Source: a virus (Duplodnaviria; Caudoviricetes). From it: a stretch of 64,000 nt of DNA. This document shows positions 39,054-49,186 of this stretch, one piece after another. Numbering within the stretch: position 1 is the first letter of the stretch; each line of letters begins with the position of its first letter. Under the pieces are notes generated by a model. It was not told the DNA's origin and did no database searches. It saw nothing but the letters and a program-made list of their open reading frames with translations. The stretch is from the IMG/VR virus record IMGVR_UViG_2922690425_000004, positions 32,001-96,000 of that record. The stretch is one strand, 5' to 3'. The translations under genes and the position numbers were made by a program.

Positions 39054-39884
39054 TTGGAGAATAATATTCAAGCAGTAGAACAGAAATTGGTTGAGTTTAA
39101 TGGAACTGAATTGTTGGGAATTAAGGCGAATGACGGCAAGATTTATGTAGGTGTTCGTTGGGTTTGCGATGGGATTGGGTTATCAGACGGTCAAGTGAAG
39201 GCAGAACGTAAGAAAATTAAAGATGATTTAGTGTTGAATCAAGGGGGACGAAATTTCGTCCTCCCTACAAATGGCGGTAAACAGGACGTGCTGGCACTAG
39301 ATATTGATTTTCTACCGTTGTGGCTTGCTAAAATCACCATTACCCCAAATATGCAAATGAAGCAACCAGAAGTAGCAAGTAAGTTAATTCAGTATCAATT
39401 GAAAGCAAAAGATGTTTTAGCTGAAGCATTTGTACATAATTCGGCGCGGCAATATTTGTCCTTGTCTGAAGAAGACCGTGCAATTGCTTATTTTACAGCT
39501 AAGAAAGAACAGAAACAATTGCAGTTGCAGATTGAAGAGAATAAACCGCTGGTTACATTTGCCGAAACCGTTCTTAAATCAAAGGATAATATTCTGGTGC
39601 GTGAAATGAGCAAACTCATACAGGATGAAGGAATAAATATTGGCGAAAAGAAATTATATCAGAAATTGCGTGATTGGAATCTTGTATTAACTTATAAGAA
39701 CGAGCCAACTCAGTACGCAATGAATCAGCAATTGTTTGTTGTTGAAGAAAAGAGCATAGATACAGCATATGGGGTCAAACTGGTTAAAACAATGAAAATT
39801 ACTCCAAAAGGACAAATCCGCATAGTAGAGAAGATTAAAAAAGAATATAGTAAGAGTGTTGCCGAAGTAATTCAAAATACATAG
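39054..39884 (+). CDS. Phage antirepressor (P22 Ant-N plus KilAC)
   Basis: VGVRWVCDGIGL, FLPLWLAKI, KPLVTFA, IGEKKLY, PTQYAM and KITPKGQ motifs. Confidence 0.85.
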   Translation: MENNIQAVEQKLVEFNGTELLGIKANDGKIYVGVRWVCDGIGLSDGQVKAERKKIKDDLVLNQGGRNFVLPTNGGKQDVLALDIDFLPLWLAKITITPNMQMKQPEVASKLIQYQLKAKDVLAEAFVHNSARQYLSLSEEDRAIAYFTAKKEQKQLQLQIEENKPLVTFAETVLKSKDNILVREMSKLIQDEGINIGEKKLYQKLRDWNLVLTYKNEPTQYAMNQQLFVVEEKSIDTAYGVKLVKTMKITPKGQIRIVEKIKKEYSKSVAEVIQNT

Positions 39885-40018
39885 AACATTTAGTAATAGC
39901 ACATAAATTATAAGTCGATTAAATATTTACTTTTCACAGTTGCAAAACTTATAAACTAATAAGAGAAGTTGATTCGTCACAAGATTCGGTATACACTACA
40001 CGGATAAACAGCTTAGAG

Positions 40019-40312
40019 GTGAACAGCATGACTTTACGTAAGTGTAAGAATGAATTTTGTTCGGGAAACATTGTATCTGATTATATAGAAGCTGAATATT
40101 GTCTTAAATGCTATATGGATATGTTGAAATTTCTTCCCTTGTTTCACATACCAGTTGGAATTATGCCATATAAATCAACGAGACAGATGAGATACAATCC
40201 AAATGCATGTAAGATGAAATTTTGTAAGAATAAAGCGAGGCTAAGAGGTAGATGTTTTAAGTGTTATATCGAGTTTATGAAAAAGCAAGAATCTGAAATG
40301 AAAAGCCAATAA
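40019..40312 (+). CDS. Cys-rich Zn-finger protein
   Basis: Two Cys clusters; stop codon within a junction-motif variant; terminator at 40327-40351. Confidence 0.5.
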   Translation: MNSMTLRKCKNEFCSGNIVSDYIEAEYCLKCYMDMLKFLPLFHIPVGIMPYKSTRQMRYNPNACKMKFCKNKARLRGRCFKCYIEFMKKQESEMKSQ

Positions 40313-40631
40313 AAGATTAATTTGACAAGATCGCTGAGGCGGTCTTTTTTTGTTAAACAATTAAATATAATGAAATACACAAAATCTATATACAAAAATA
40401 ATTAAATAATATATAATGAAGACATAGAGAGACATGAGGTGATAAGCATTTACAAGGTGACCTTGTTTGAGAAGGTGCTGGGTAAATTAGAGGCGAATAT
40501 GTATTCGTTCGATGATAAAATAGAAATGATTAAATTTACTGCATTGCGCGAAAACGAAGGTGCAATGGTTGTTATGAACATTAGTTTAAAACTAACCGTG
40601 TAACAAAACATAGAAGAAAGAGGATGAAAGA

Positions 40632-40970
40632 GTGAACATAGGAGATAAAGTATATTTAAAAGCTGTTGGAAATATGGCAAGAGGAAGAAAGGAGCCACTG
40701 ATTAAGGAGAGCGAAATTACGAGGATTGGACGTAAGTATTTTGAAGTCCAACTCGGTACCAAGCCAATCAAGTTTAATATCGAAAGTTATAGACAGGAAA
40801 ATGGTGGCTATAGTGCTGATTGGAAACTATATTTTTCCATACAGGAAATCTTAGATGAACAAGAATTTGAAAAGTTAGAAAAGGGCATCAAATCCAAATT
40901 TGATACTTTCGGCAAGTTAGATCTTACGCTTGATCAACTTAGACGAATCAATGAAATTATCAGTGAGTAG
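40632..40970 (+). CDS. Hypothetical phage protein
   Basis: IGDKVY...ITRIGRKYFEV small beta-barrel pattern. Confidence 0.6.
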   Translation: MNIGDKVYLKAVGNMARGRKEPLIKESEITRIGRKYFEVQLGTKPIKFNIESYRQENGGYSADWKLYFSIQEILDEQEFEKLEKGIKSKFDTFGKLDLTLDQLRRINEIISE

Positions 40971-41008
40971 ATAAAACTATATTTTTATAAAGACAGGGGC
41001 AAAAAAAG

Positions 41009-41300
41009 ATGTTCGAATATAACAAGGCAGCTCAATTGTTAGAAGTGTGGAAAAAACATGATTTAGATAATGGATTTTATAAGGGTGTTCCTAACTATCC
41101 TACTAACACTCGATTCGTTAGTGAACTCAATCAAAAGATCGCTCAAGAATCTGAACGAATATTACTTAATGTGCTTGAGGGAAAACAGTCACGTTATCAA
41201 TCCAAAGGAAATACTTGAAAGTGTTATATCTAATTATGTTGCAGGTACAGATTATACTGCAAAAGAAGTAATGCAAATTATGGGTTTTAGAATAAAATGA
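41009..41300 (+). pseudogene. Probably frameshifted single gene
   Basis: ORF 41009-41218 continues in the frame of 41070-41300; one unit between junction motifs 40972 and 41293. Confidence 0.4.
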
Positions 41301-41337
41301 TCCTTTTATTAAAAAAATAGAGTAGGAGAATAGGGCT

Positions 41338-41592
41338 ATGAATTTACCTTTCGGAGATTTTAAACGACATGAAAGTAAAGTTAAGATGTTCAAACCTTTA
41401 AAAAAACATCTTAAAAAAATTAAGGCATCTGAAGAAGAAATTAAAAATTGTTTGAAAAATTATTCGTATATTAACCATCATAAAGACGGTTTGTTTTATC
41501 AATATAAACATTCATGGAAAGTGGACTCTTCTAAGATTATAAAAGTGTCAGAAGTTGGGGAATTAATTGAAGGTTCAATTGACTTAAAGTAA
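41338..41592 (+). CDS. Hypothetical protein
   Basis: AGGAG RBS. Confidence 0.5.
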   Translation: MNLPFGDFKRHESKVKMFKPLKKHLKKIKASEEEIKNCLKNYSYINHHKDGLFYQYKHSWKVDSSKIIKVSEVGELIEGSIDLK

Positions 41593-41696
41593 TTGAGTAA
41601 GTGCAAAATGAACTGTATACCCAACTTTAATTGATTTATTGAGATTATAGATTATTTAATTAAATAATCCTTTTACAACTGGAGGGGAAATAAAGA

Positions 41697-41915
41697 ATGA
41701 GAAGAATAATCCAGTCGAAGAATAAAAAAGAGATAGTTGATAATTTGCGACAGGTCTATGAGTGGAAGTCAGCACTGGTTTTAGACGAAATAGCCAAGAA
41801 GTTGAATAGACAAGAGCTTGATGCTTTACAAGTGTTATTTAATGATGTTTGGCGTAAGGGATGGGCTGCTCACGATAAATGGTTAGATAAACAGGAGGAG
41901 ATAGCGAGGGGTTAA
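41697..41915 (+). CDS. Hypothetical protein
   Basis: GGAGG RBS. Confidence 0.55.
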   Translation: MRRIIQSKNKKEIVDNLRQVYEWKSALVLDEIAKKLNRQELDALQVLFNDVWRKGWAAHDKWLDKQEEIARG

Positions 41916-41954
41916 TCCGGTGAAGTTGTCTTCTGGATAAGGAGGGGGATAAGA

Positions 41955-42173
41955 ATGTCTCAAAGGAAACAATGGTTTGAAAAGTTCATTGGCTGCTGTT
42001 TTGGTATTGATGGTGAGGAATACATATTTCAAGGAACTTTTGAAAATACCGAAACAAGCAACGGGAAGCCATATCAGTATGTCTTTGAAGCAGAGGGCAA
42101 ACCTCAAGTCATCATGACATATAAAGAAGCTCGTACAACTATGGGAGCTATGATTGATAAGTACAGCAAGTAA
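41955..42173 (+). CDS. Hypothetical protein
   Basis: GGAGG RBS. Confidence 0.55.
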   Translation: MSQRKQWFEKFIGCCFGIDGEEYIFQGTFENTETSNGKPYQYVFEAEGKPQVIMTYKEARTTMGAMIDKYSK

Positions 42174-42188
42174 AGGAGTGAGAATGAA

Positions 42189-42518
42189 ATGCACAATACG
42201 GAGAAAATGATTGAATTAAAAAATACTCTCGAAGGTCTATATGAACTAAAACAGGTGTATGACGGTGAAGGGTTAGCTTATCAGTTAAGGAAGGTAAATA
42301 AAGAAATTAAAAAGAATGAAGACGAGCTTTTAGAAGAGTTATCTGTTAAGTGGAACGCTTTTAACGAAGGTGAAAGGATAGAAATATTTGTGAAAGAATT
42401 ATTTTCAAATCAGACAGCAAAAAAATATTCTGTGTTAAGATGGGAAGAATTATCTTCCAGAGTTAAAAATGTGCTATTGCATTCTGAGATACGTGGCTAC
42501 TTAAATCAGTTAAAATGA
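42189..42518 (+). CDS. Hypothetical protein
   Basis: AAGGAG RBS. Confidence 0.55.
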   Translation: MHNTEKMIELKNTLEGLYELKQVYDGEGLAYQLRKVNKEIKKNEDELLEELSVKWNAFNEGERIEIFVKELFSNQTAKKYSVLRWEELSSRVKNVLLHSEIRGYLNQLK

Positions 42519-42543
42519 ATATTTTATAAGGAGAGATCGAAAC

Positions 42544-42720
42544 ATGGAACTAATTTTCAGAGAAAAAGTAATGATCTACAATCTGTTGAGCGAAAGATAT
42601 CACGAATTAAAAAACAAACCAGAATCAAGAGATGAGAATACATTTCAAGAATTAGAGGACATGTACATTAAGTTTGGTGCTCACTTAGAAAAAGAGTACG
42701 GAAAAGATTGGTGGAAGTAG
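42544..42720 (+). CDS. Hypothetical protein (58 aa)
   Basis: Hand translation MELIFREKVMIYNLL...GKDWWK; lies exactly between motifs 42511 and 42722. Confidence 0.5.
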   Translation: MELIFREKVMIYNLLSERYHELKNKPESRDENTFQELEDMYIKFGAHLEKEYGKDWWK

Positions 42721-42745
42721 ATAAAAAGATTATTTTATTTTCATT

Positions 42746-43102
42746 GTGCTGGAGGTGAATTCATTGAAAGCAAAAGTGTTTGTAGACGAAGGTATGGAAT
42801 TGAGTCCAGAACAAAAGATGATTCTCGATAGTAAGTACGAATCCTATTTAACATTTGCTGTCCCCTTGTTAGTTAATTTTGAAGATCTAGTTGAACTAGA
42901 TCACAATTTTGACCCTACTGAAACGCTAGATTATGTCTTTGCCTGTTCCAATGTGAAGTTTTTGAATTTCACTATGCTTAGGTTAGCAAAAGAAGCGGGA
43001 AGACAGATTGCTAATAGTCGATTTGTTAATATGAAGTCTACGATAGGCGTTTTTGCTTTTGCGCATGATGAACTAAATAATCAATGGAAATTAGTGAATT
43101 AG
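42746..43102 (+). CDS. Hypothetical protein
   Basis: GGAGGTG RBS before an internal TTG start. Confidence 0.55.
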   Translation: MLEVNSLKAKVFVDEGMELSPEQKMILDSKYESYLTFAVPLLVNFEDLVELDHNFDPTETLDYVFACSNVKFLNFTMLRLAKEAGRQIANSRFVNMKSTIGVFAFAHDELNNQWKLVN

Positions 43103-43325
43103 CATAGAATAAACATTGATTAAAAGGAGTGGAAATTACAATGAGTTTCTCCAAGTGGATTGAAAAAAATTATAGTTGTTCTCATACACAATTGGTGTAC
43201 CTGTATGGAAACAAATATGTAAGAGAGCTTGAGGGAACATACGGTGAATTTTGTAAAGCGAATGGTATCAAACCAGAGATTGATTAAAAAAACATGGTAT
43301 AAGATAAAAAAAATTTCATGAGGAG

Positions 43326-43568
43326 ATGTGCTTTATGGGAAAGGATTTTTTGAGTTACGAGGAACAATTCAAAGAGGTTCTAAATATTGAAGAAATAGAT
43401 CGTATTGAAAATAGGGAACTTAGAGAAATTAGAATGAAGTACTGGCGATTACAGCGTGATGCATTCCTTGATGAAAATAATATATCAGATCAAGAATTAA
43501 ATAAAGTTTCACAAGAATTAACACGTAAAGAGATGGAAGAGATACAACGATTCAGAAACAAAAAGTGA
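43326..43568 (+). CDS. Hypothetical protein
   Basis: 80-aa ORF with GAGGAG RBS. Confidence 0.5.
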   Translation: MCFMGKDFLSYEEQFKEVLNIEEIDRIENRELREIRMKYWRLQRDAFLDENNISDQELNKVSQELTRKEMEEIQRFRNKK

Positions 43569-43601
43569 GTAAGCTTATGAAAGGATTCTTTTATAAGGGA
43601 G

Positions 43602-43820
43602 TTGGAGTTTTTAATGACTGTGAATCAAGATTTAGTTGATCAAATTGAGAGTAGTTTTTCTGATATACATTGTTCTGAACCAACTGAAGAACAGATTGAA
43701 AATATAATAAGCTTGATTCCTCAGAGAATCAAGTTACTGGCTGAAGAATGGGGCTGGAATGATACTGAAGTAAGAGACTTTATCTTTGTTTTGATAAGAG
43801 ATAGAAAAGCCGACTATTAA
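43602..43820 (+). CDS. Hypothetical protein
   Basis: 72 aa, WGWNDTEVRD. Confidence 0.5.
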   Translation: MEFLMTVNQDLVDQIESSFSDIHCSEPTEEQIENIISLIPQRIKLLAEEWGWNDTEVRDFIFVLIRDRKADY

Positions 43821-43893
43821 TTCGATGGAATTCGGCTGATTGGAATAAAAGAAGTATTTGATAACAAAAAAAGAAGCGACCAAAAGTCGCAAC

Positions 43894-44148
43894 TTAATCA
43901 AAGTATTTATTAGCAAAAATAATTGCTATACCAATCGCTAAGAAAATAAAAGCAAATGGAATAGACACAGTGTAGTCATTTAATGCTTGAACTAAATCTT
44001 TATTAAGCGAATTGCTAATCTGAGAACCCATAAATTCTCGTGTATCTGGAGTAACCCTTAGCAGATGTTTGATGAAGTATGCATAAATAGCATAAACGAA
44101 GGATAGTGCGCTTAATCCATAACCCAAATTTTTGATTTTTACTACCAT
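43894..44148 (-). CDS. Small two-TM membrane protein
   Basis: Two hydrophobic segments; inverted relative to neighbours. Confidence 0.55.
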   Translation of the reverse strand: MVVKIKNLGYGLSALSFVYAIYAYFIKHLLRVTPDTREFMGSQISNSLNKDLVQALNDYTVSIPFAFIFLAIGIAIIFANKYFD

Positions 44149-44249
44149 TCTTATTTTCCTTTCTCAATTTAAGATTAATTTAATTATACTAATCTATTTG
44201 TATGATATGCAAATACTGGAATGTAATCAAGTAAGAAGGAGCGAAGATT

Positions 44250-44645
44250 ATGAAGACTAGGGTTTTTACATGTTCTAACGGGACAGAGTTAATTGTTAAA
44301 CATCGAAAATCAGCAGTGATTTTTGAAATGAATCAAAACCAAATAAATAATAAATATAATGTTACATATAAGTTTGAACTTAAGGATTTCGTAGAGTTGT
44401 ATAACTACATTAATATGATTGCGAATGAAGCTTGGAGTAATCTATCTCCCAAGGGAGCTGACAGTTTAGGATCAGACTATTACGAATATTATGACAAAGA
44501 ACTTGACACTAATGGCTATCTTCGTATTCGAAAAAACACAATTAGTATAGATAGACCAGCATTAAATGGGCAGAAACTTTATCAATTCAATAAGAAAAAA
44601 ATGGAGTCATTTATTTATGACTTTGAAAAGCTTGTTAAGAGTTAG
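44250..44645 (+). CDS. Hypothetical protein
   Basis: AAGGAG RBS, 131 aa. Confidence 0.6.
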   Translation: MKTRVFTCSNGTELIVKHRKSAVIFEMNQNQINNKYNVTYKFELKDFVELYNYINMIANEAWSNLSPKGADSLGSDYYEYYDKELDTNGYLRIRKNTISIDRPALNGQKLYQFNKKKMESFIYDFEKLVKS

Positions 44646-44891
44646 TGTCATCAGCAATAGGGAAATGTTACAGATAAAATAAGTCTTTTAATAACAATAA
44701 TGCACATAACAACGGAGGAATAAATATGTTTACAGTAACCAATACAGAAACGAAGAAATACCTTAGAGCAGATTGGGAAGCTGAGCGCGGTCAACTATAT
44801 ACGCATGACGTTGATCTAGCTGTCAAGTTTGAAAGTTGGCATGATGCTGAAGATATTACTGAAGCAACAGAACAAGTAGTACCTCTGTCTA

Positions 44892-45101
44892 ATGATTAAA
44901 AATATAATAAAAGGAGAATTTGAGATGGATACATACATGATAGTTGTAGATGGAAAAGTAAAAGAAGAAATCGAAACCGCTGGACGTTCCAAGGAAGCAA
45001 TGAGTTTTGTGTTGATTGATCGTTTCTATCACTGGAGTGGTTTTTCTGCTAATGTGAACATCTATAGTTCTTTAACGGGGAGTGAGTATCATTATGTTTA
45101 A
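44892..45101 (+). CDS. Hypothetical protein
   Basis: Probable start MDTY after AAGGAG. Confidence 0.5.
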   Translation: MIKNIIKGEFEMDTYMIVVDGKVKEEIETAGRSKEAMSFVLIDRFYHWSGFSANVNIYSSLTGSEYHYV

Positions 45102-45383
45102 AGCTGGGGCATTAAAAAACAATAAGCTGTGTGTTAGAAATAATCAGGGCAAGTGGATTGAATTACATGAAGCAGCGAAACAATATGAACAACATAGAAT
45201 ATTGAAACATACATAATAAAGATAACGGTAATGTGGTCTTTTTAATAAACAAAAATAATTAATATATTGAGTATAGCGTCGTAATATGTTATGATTTATT
45301 TATCGATAGGCAAACATTGTAAAGAAACTAGTAAAATAGTATTGTAGAATAAGAGAATTCAAAAGAAAAGGGAAGTGTGAAAT

Positions 45384-45638
45384 GTGGAAAATGAATGGAA
45401 ATACTTAAGCGAACCTACTAAAACGATTCTGGAACGAATTGATATAAATCGTAAGAGCGCGGAAGTGCCAATTGGACATACGATTAGTATCCCCCATTTT
45501 AATGGAGTTTTAACTAAGGAAATTGCAAAAGAAATTATTGAATATCAACATTCTAAAGAAAATGAAGGATATTTTTCAGCTTCACTTGAAGATGATCTGT
45601 TAAAGATCAACTTTATAAAACAAGCATTAAATTTTTAA
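45384..45638 (+). CDS. Hypothetical protein
   Basis: 84 aa; motif at 45640 follows the stop. Confidence 0.5.
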   Translation: MENEWKYLSEPTKTILERIDINRKSAEVPIGHTISIPHFNGVLTKEIAKEIIEYQHSKENEGYFSASLEDDLLKINFIKQALNF

Positions 45639-45680
45639 TTAAAAGGTTTATTTTATTCATAAAATGAAGGGAGTAACAAT

Positions 45681-45920
45681 ATGAATGCACAGGATAAGGT
45701 TCTGGAGGGGTTTGCTAGAATGTCAATGGCATCTTATGACGCAAAAGAAGCCATTGAAAAACTCGAAAAGGCTCAAGATCACTACAAGGATATGAAGGTT
45801 GAAGAATGCGTTCAAAATATATTAAGCTTACTAAAAGAAAATAAAAAACTAACAGAAAGAGATATGATACTATTAATTGGAACTTTAGCAACTGACATTA
45901 AAGAGATTTACGTGAAATAA
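45681..45920 (+). CDS. Hypothetical protein
   Basis: GGGAG RBS. Confidence 0.5.
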   Translation: MNAQDKVLEGFARMSMASYDAKEAIEKLEKAQDHYKDMKVEECVQNILSLLKENKKLTERDMILLIGTLATDIKEIYVK

Positions 45921-45943
45921 CTATTTGATAGGAAGTGTGAACC

Positions 45944-46150
45944 ATGAAAAAATCAGTATTATGTTCTATCATTATCGTTTTTCACAAGTTAATTAACATT
46001 GAATTTGTAAAAGAGGGCGATGATTTATGGGCAATTGAATATAATTATAAAATTTTTTCGATGCCAGATAAAATTATAGCAAAATGGAAGGTTAAACAAG
46101 GTTCTTTTGTTTATCGCAAATTAATGCAAACACAGGCTCATGTAAAATGA
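45944..46150 (+). CDS. Hypothetical protein
   Basis: 68 aa between motifs 45913 and 46143. Confidence 0.45.
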   Translation: MKKSVLCSIIIVFHKLINIEFVKEGDDLWAIEYNYKIFSMPDKIIAKWKVKQGSFVYRKLMQTQAHVK

Positions 46151-46191
46151 CTGTTTTACCTTGAAAATATTTTAAGGAAAGAGGTACTCAT

Positions 46192-46557
46192 ATGTCTGAA
46201 GCACCTTACGGATATCATATTTTAAATGGAGAAATGGTTGCACATCCATTTGAATCGAAAGTTGTTAGATTAACCTATGGACTGTCACAGATTGGACTCG
46301 AATCTAGTGATATTCAGTATCTGTTGGAAGAGTTTAAAGTTCCAAAACGTGGTGAAGATTATAACTACGATATCGACGGGAATTTACATGAAATATACGT
46401 TGCTGGAGCCAAGCTTCTTATTGATTTAATTCAAGAAAAAATCGATAATGAAATAGTTTATTTGCCCGTTGATAAAGAAAAGACACATCCAATCGTATTA
46501 GTTACTAGTTTAGCACATATTTTTAATAGATTTAGAGATTCGGATGAAACTCTGTGA
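46192..46557 (+). CDS. Hypothetical protein (recombinase DNA-binding-like N-terminus)
   Basis: APYGY...ESKVVR resembles the large serine recombinase DBD start. Confidence 0.45.
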   Translation: MSEAPYGYHILNGEMVAHPFESKVVRLTYGLSQIGLESSDIQYLLEEFKVPKRGEDYNYDIDGNLHEIYVAGAKLLIDLIQEKIDNEIVYLPVDKEKTHPIVLVTSLAHIFNRFRDSDETL

Positions 46558-46588
46558 ACTGGCTGTTTTAAAGGAGACGAGTAACTCT

Positions 46589-46927
46589 GTGGATATAAAT
46601 AAAATACAACTAGGGCACACCTACCAAATTAATAATGTTAGCAAGAACAACGGAAGAAAATGCATTGTTCTTGAGACTGTAGATAACAACAAAGCAAAAA
46701 TTAAATTTGTGGACAATAGAAGAATCGGAAAAGTGTCATTATATAATCTGGAAGAAGTACCTAAAGTAATGACAAGAGAAGAAAAAGTTACTCAAATGCA
46801 GCACAAGAAACTCGAAATAAATATGCTAATTGCAGAAGAGTATGAAAAAATCAAACTAATTGAAAAACGAATCGAGGAATATAGAATCGAACTCTTGCGT
46901 TGTGAAAATGAATTAACTAAGTTATAG
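46589..46927 (+). CDS. Hypothetical protein
   Basis: GTG start after AAGGAG inside track ORF 46544. Confidence 0.5.
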   Translation: MDINKIQLGHTYQINNVSKNNGRKCIVLETVDNNKAKIKFVDNRRIGKVSLYNLEEVPKVMTREEKVTQMQHKKLEINMLIAEEYEKIKLIEKRIEEYRIELLRCENELTKL

Positions 46928-46984
46928 TCGTCATCCCAACACATGTTCGGTAAAAGATGTGTTTCACAGGGAAGGAGCATAGCT

Positions 46985-47350
46985 GTGACTGATAAGATTG
47001 ACCTGTATGTTGACGATCTTAGAGACTGTCCAGATGGCTTTGTGGTGGCTCGTACATACTATGAAGCAATACATATCCTTGAAACCAAAAGTGTCGGCAT
47101 TCTTACGTTAGACCATGATTTGGGAGAGGACGTAGATGGTAAAGAACTGCCTAACGGATATGACTTGGTGAAGTACTTCTGTGAACATGGATTGAGGGCT
47201 GATAAGATATATTTACATACAGACAACCCTGTGGGACGCAAGAACATGCATGAAACGTTGTTAGCTGCTCAGCGGAGAGGTTTTATCGATGAGGATATTG
47301 AGATATATCATTATCCTATAACGGTGAACAAGTATTCTGGTAGCTGGTAA
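46985..47350 (+). CDS. Cyclic-phosphate-processing receiver-like protein
   Basis: LYVDDLR, LDHDLGE and HTDNPVG motifs. Confidence 0.7.
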   Translation: MTDKIDLYVDDLRDCPDGFVVARTYYEAIHILETKSVGILTLDHDLGEDVDGKELPNGYDLVKYFCEHGLRADKIYLHTDNPVGRKNMHETLLAAQRRGFIDEDIEIYHYPITVNKYSGSW

Positions 47351-47388
47351 AAGGCATGTTTCATAATGGAGAGGAGACCCAGAATAAA

Positions 47389-48543
47389 ATGAAATTAAAG
47401 GTTCAGTTCACAAACGAGCTACCATTTATGATTCAACTTCCAAATGGAGATTATTCAGTAAGAACGAGACTAAACCCAACAGAAGAGAAAGATTTTATCC
47501 TAAAATTAAGTGATGATGTTTTCAGAGTACATATTAATCCTTTTGGTAGCAAAAAGTCTGCCATGTGTATCGAAGGTGAGAGAGCGGAATTGGAAAGTTA
47601 CATAATCAATAATCGTATTCCAAATTATGCTTTCGAACCTTGTAAAAGTTATATTAGTTGTACAATTGAGGAGGAACTAGAATTAAAAGATGAACTGTAT
47701 TTAAATGTCACGAACGACGACTTGATTGATAAAATTAAATCAAAAATGATAAGAGAAGGAATTAAATATACTGATACCATTGATTTAACTAGAATGGCGA
47801 CAACAGAATTTGGCACCTACAATACAGATCAGGTTTTAGAAGAAAAAATAGATTACGTTGTTAATAGGAGATTGAATGAACTTAGCAGATTAGTTTATCC
47901 CTATCATAATGCTTTAAATCAATTCATAAAACAATATTCTTATCTGCGAAATGATTTTTTTGTCGAAACTACAACTATGCATACTCTTAAGGGGACGACA
48001 TCGAGACAGTTTGTCGATGGTTATTATTATGATTCTATTAAGCATGCTGGAAAAGCACCTAGCATGATGCCATATCAAAAATGGTTACCAGAGATCGATA
48101 GTAATCATGTTGAAACATTAAAAGAAAGACTTATAAATGGTTTCGATATTCCACCTACTAAAGATTTGATTATAATGGCTCGCAATCTTGCTGAAAGAGG
48201 AGAGTACCGTTCAGCAATCATTAATAGTTCCGCAGCTCTTGAGGTTGCTGTAGAACAAAAAATCATTGAGAAAATGTATTTGAATGGAAACACGCAAGCG
48301 GAAATTGATACTTTCTTAGACAGCACAAAGACTAATTTTTATAGGAGATGCGACAGACAATTGAATGAGAAGGCAGGGCAATCACTGGTACGAAACAATC
48401 CTACTCTTTGGACAAACATTAATTCCCACAGGAATAGATACCGTCATAAGATTGCTCATTCTTCGCTCATGCCCAATGCGAGGGATACCGAGAAAGTAAT
48501 TAACGATTTTGAGATAGCCGTAAACTGGGTAGAAGCTTTATAA
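47389..48543 (+). CDS. HEPN-domain protein (putative RNase, defence)
   Basis: SAIINSSAALEVAVE helix and RHKIAH (R-x4-H) motif. Confidence 0.55.
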   Translation: MKLKVQFTNELPFMIQLPNGDYSVRTRLNPTEEKDFILKLSDDVFRVHINPFGSKKSAMCIEGERAELESYIINNRIPNYAFEPCKSYISCTIEEELELKDELYLNVTNDDLIDKIKSKMIREGIKYTDTIDLTRMATTEFGTYNTDQVLEEKIDYVVNRRLNELSRLVYPYHNALNQFIKQYSYLRNDFFVETTTMHTLKGTTSRQFVDGYYYDSIKHAGKAPSMMPYQKWLPEIDSNHVETLKERLINGFDIPPTKDLIIMARNLAERGEYRSAIINSSAALEVAVEQKIIEKMYLNGNTQAEIDTFLDSTKTNFYRRCDRQLNEKAGQSLVRNNPTLWTNINSHRNRYRHKIAHSSLMPNARDTEKVINDFEIAVNWVEAL

Positions 48544-48597
48544 AATGCAAGTTTGATTAGTCCAATATTAATGCGAATAGTAAAGGAGTATTAATTC

Positions 48598-48873
48598 ATG
48601 AAGGCTATGGCAATCGTAAGATCGTCTATCGAATGGAGCATAGACGAACAGCAAAATAAAATAAATCAGTATGCAATATCAGAAGGTATCAATCTTGTTC
48701 ACATTGTTGTAGTAGCGAGTGATGTAGATTTAGAATTAGCTACCAATAATCTATCAGAAGTTGACGCTGTTATTGTGACCGACGTAACCCGAATTAGTAG
48801 AAACAAAGAAACCTTAGACATGTTCAAAGAACAACTTAGACATAATGATACGCAATTGGTGATACTCTCTTGA
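48598..48873 (+). CDS. Truncated resolvase-type serine recombinase catalytic domain
   Basis: AIVRSS, EQQ and VIVTDVTRISR motifs; only 91 aa. Confidence 0.6.
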   Translation: MKAMAIVRSSIEWSIDEQQNKINQYAISEGINLVHIVVVASDVDLELATNNLSEVDAVIVTDVTRISRNKETLDMFKEQLRHNDTQLVILS

Positions 48874-48907
48874 TCTTTATATCTTAAGCGGAAGGGAGAA
48901 AAATGGG

Positions 48908-49186
48908 TTGGTATCAAATAGACTAATAGATAACTTAAAATCTAAACAAAATAAATGGAGCTATAACCAACGCATATGGGTAAGAGGTGCGAGTATTGGA
49001 TGGATAAAAGGTTATTGTGATGTTAAGGACAAATATGTAGTAGAAAGAATGGTAAATGGAAAATTAGTAGTAAGATTGTATATGTCTGAAAATATTTTAG
49101 AGTATGAGCCTTGGGACGAAGAGAAAAAGAAGCAACATAAGAAGCATGTAGAATGTATAAAAAGACAAAAGTTTATAGAAGATTAA
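48908..49186 (+). CDS. Hypothetical protein
   Basis: 92-aa ORF, GGGAG RBS. Confidence 0.45.
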   Translation: MVSNRLIDNLKSKQNKWSYNQRIWVRGASIGWIKGYCDVKDKYVVERMVNGKLVVRLYMSENILEYEPWDEEKKKQHKKHVECIKRQKFIED

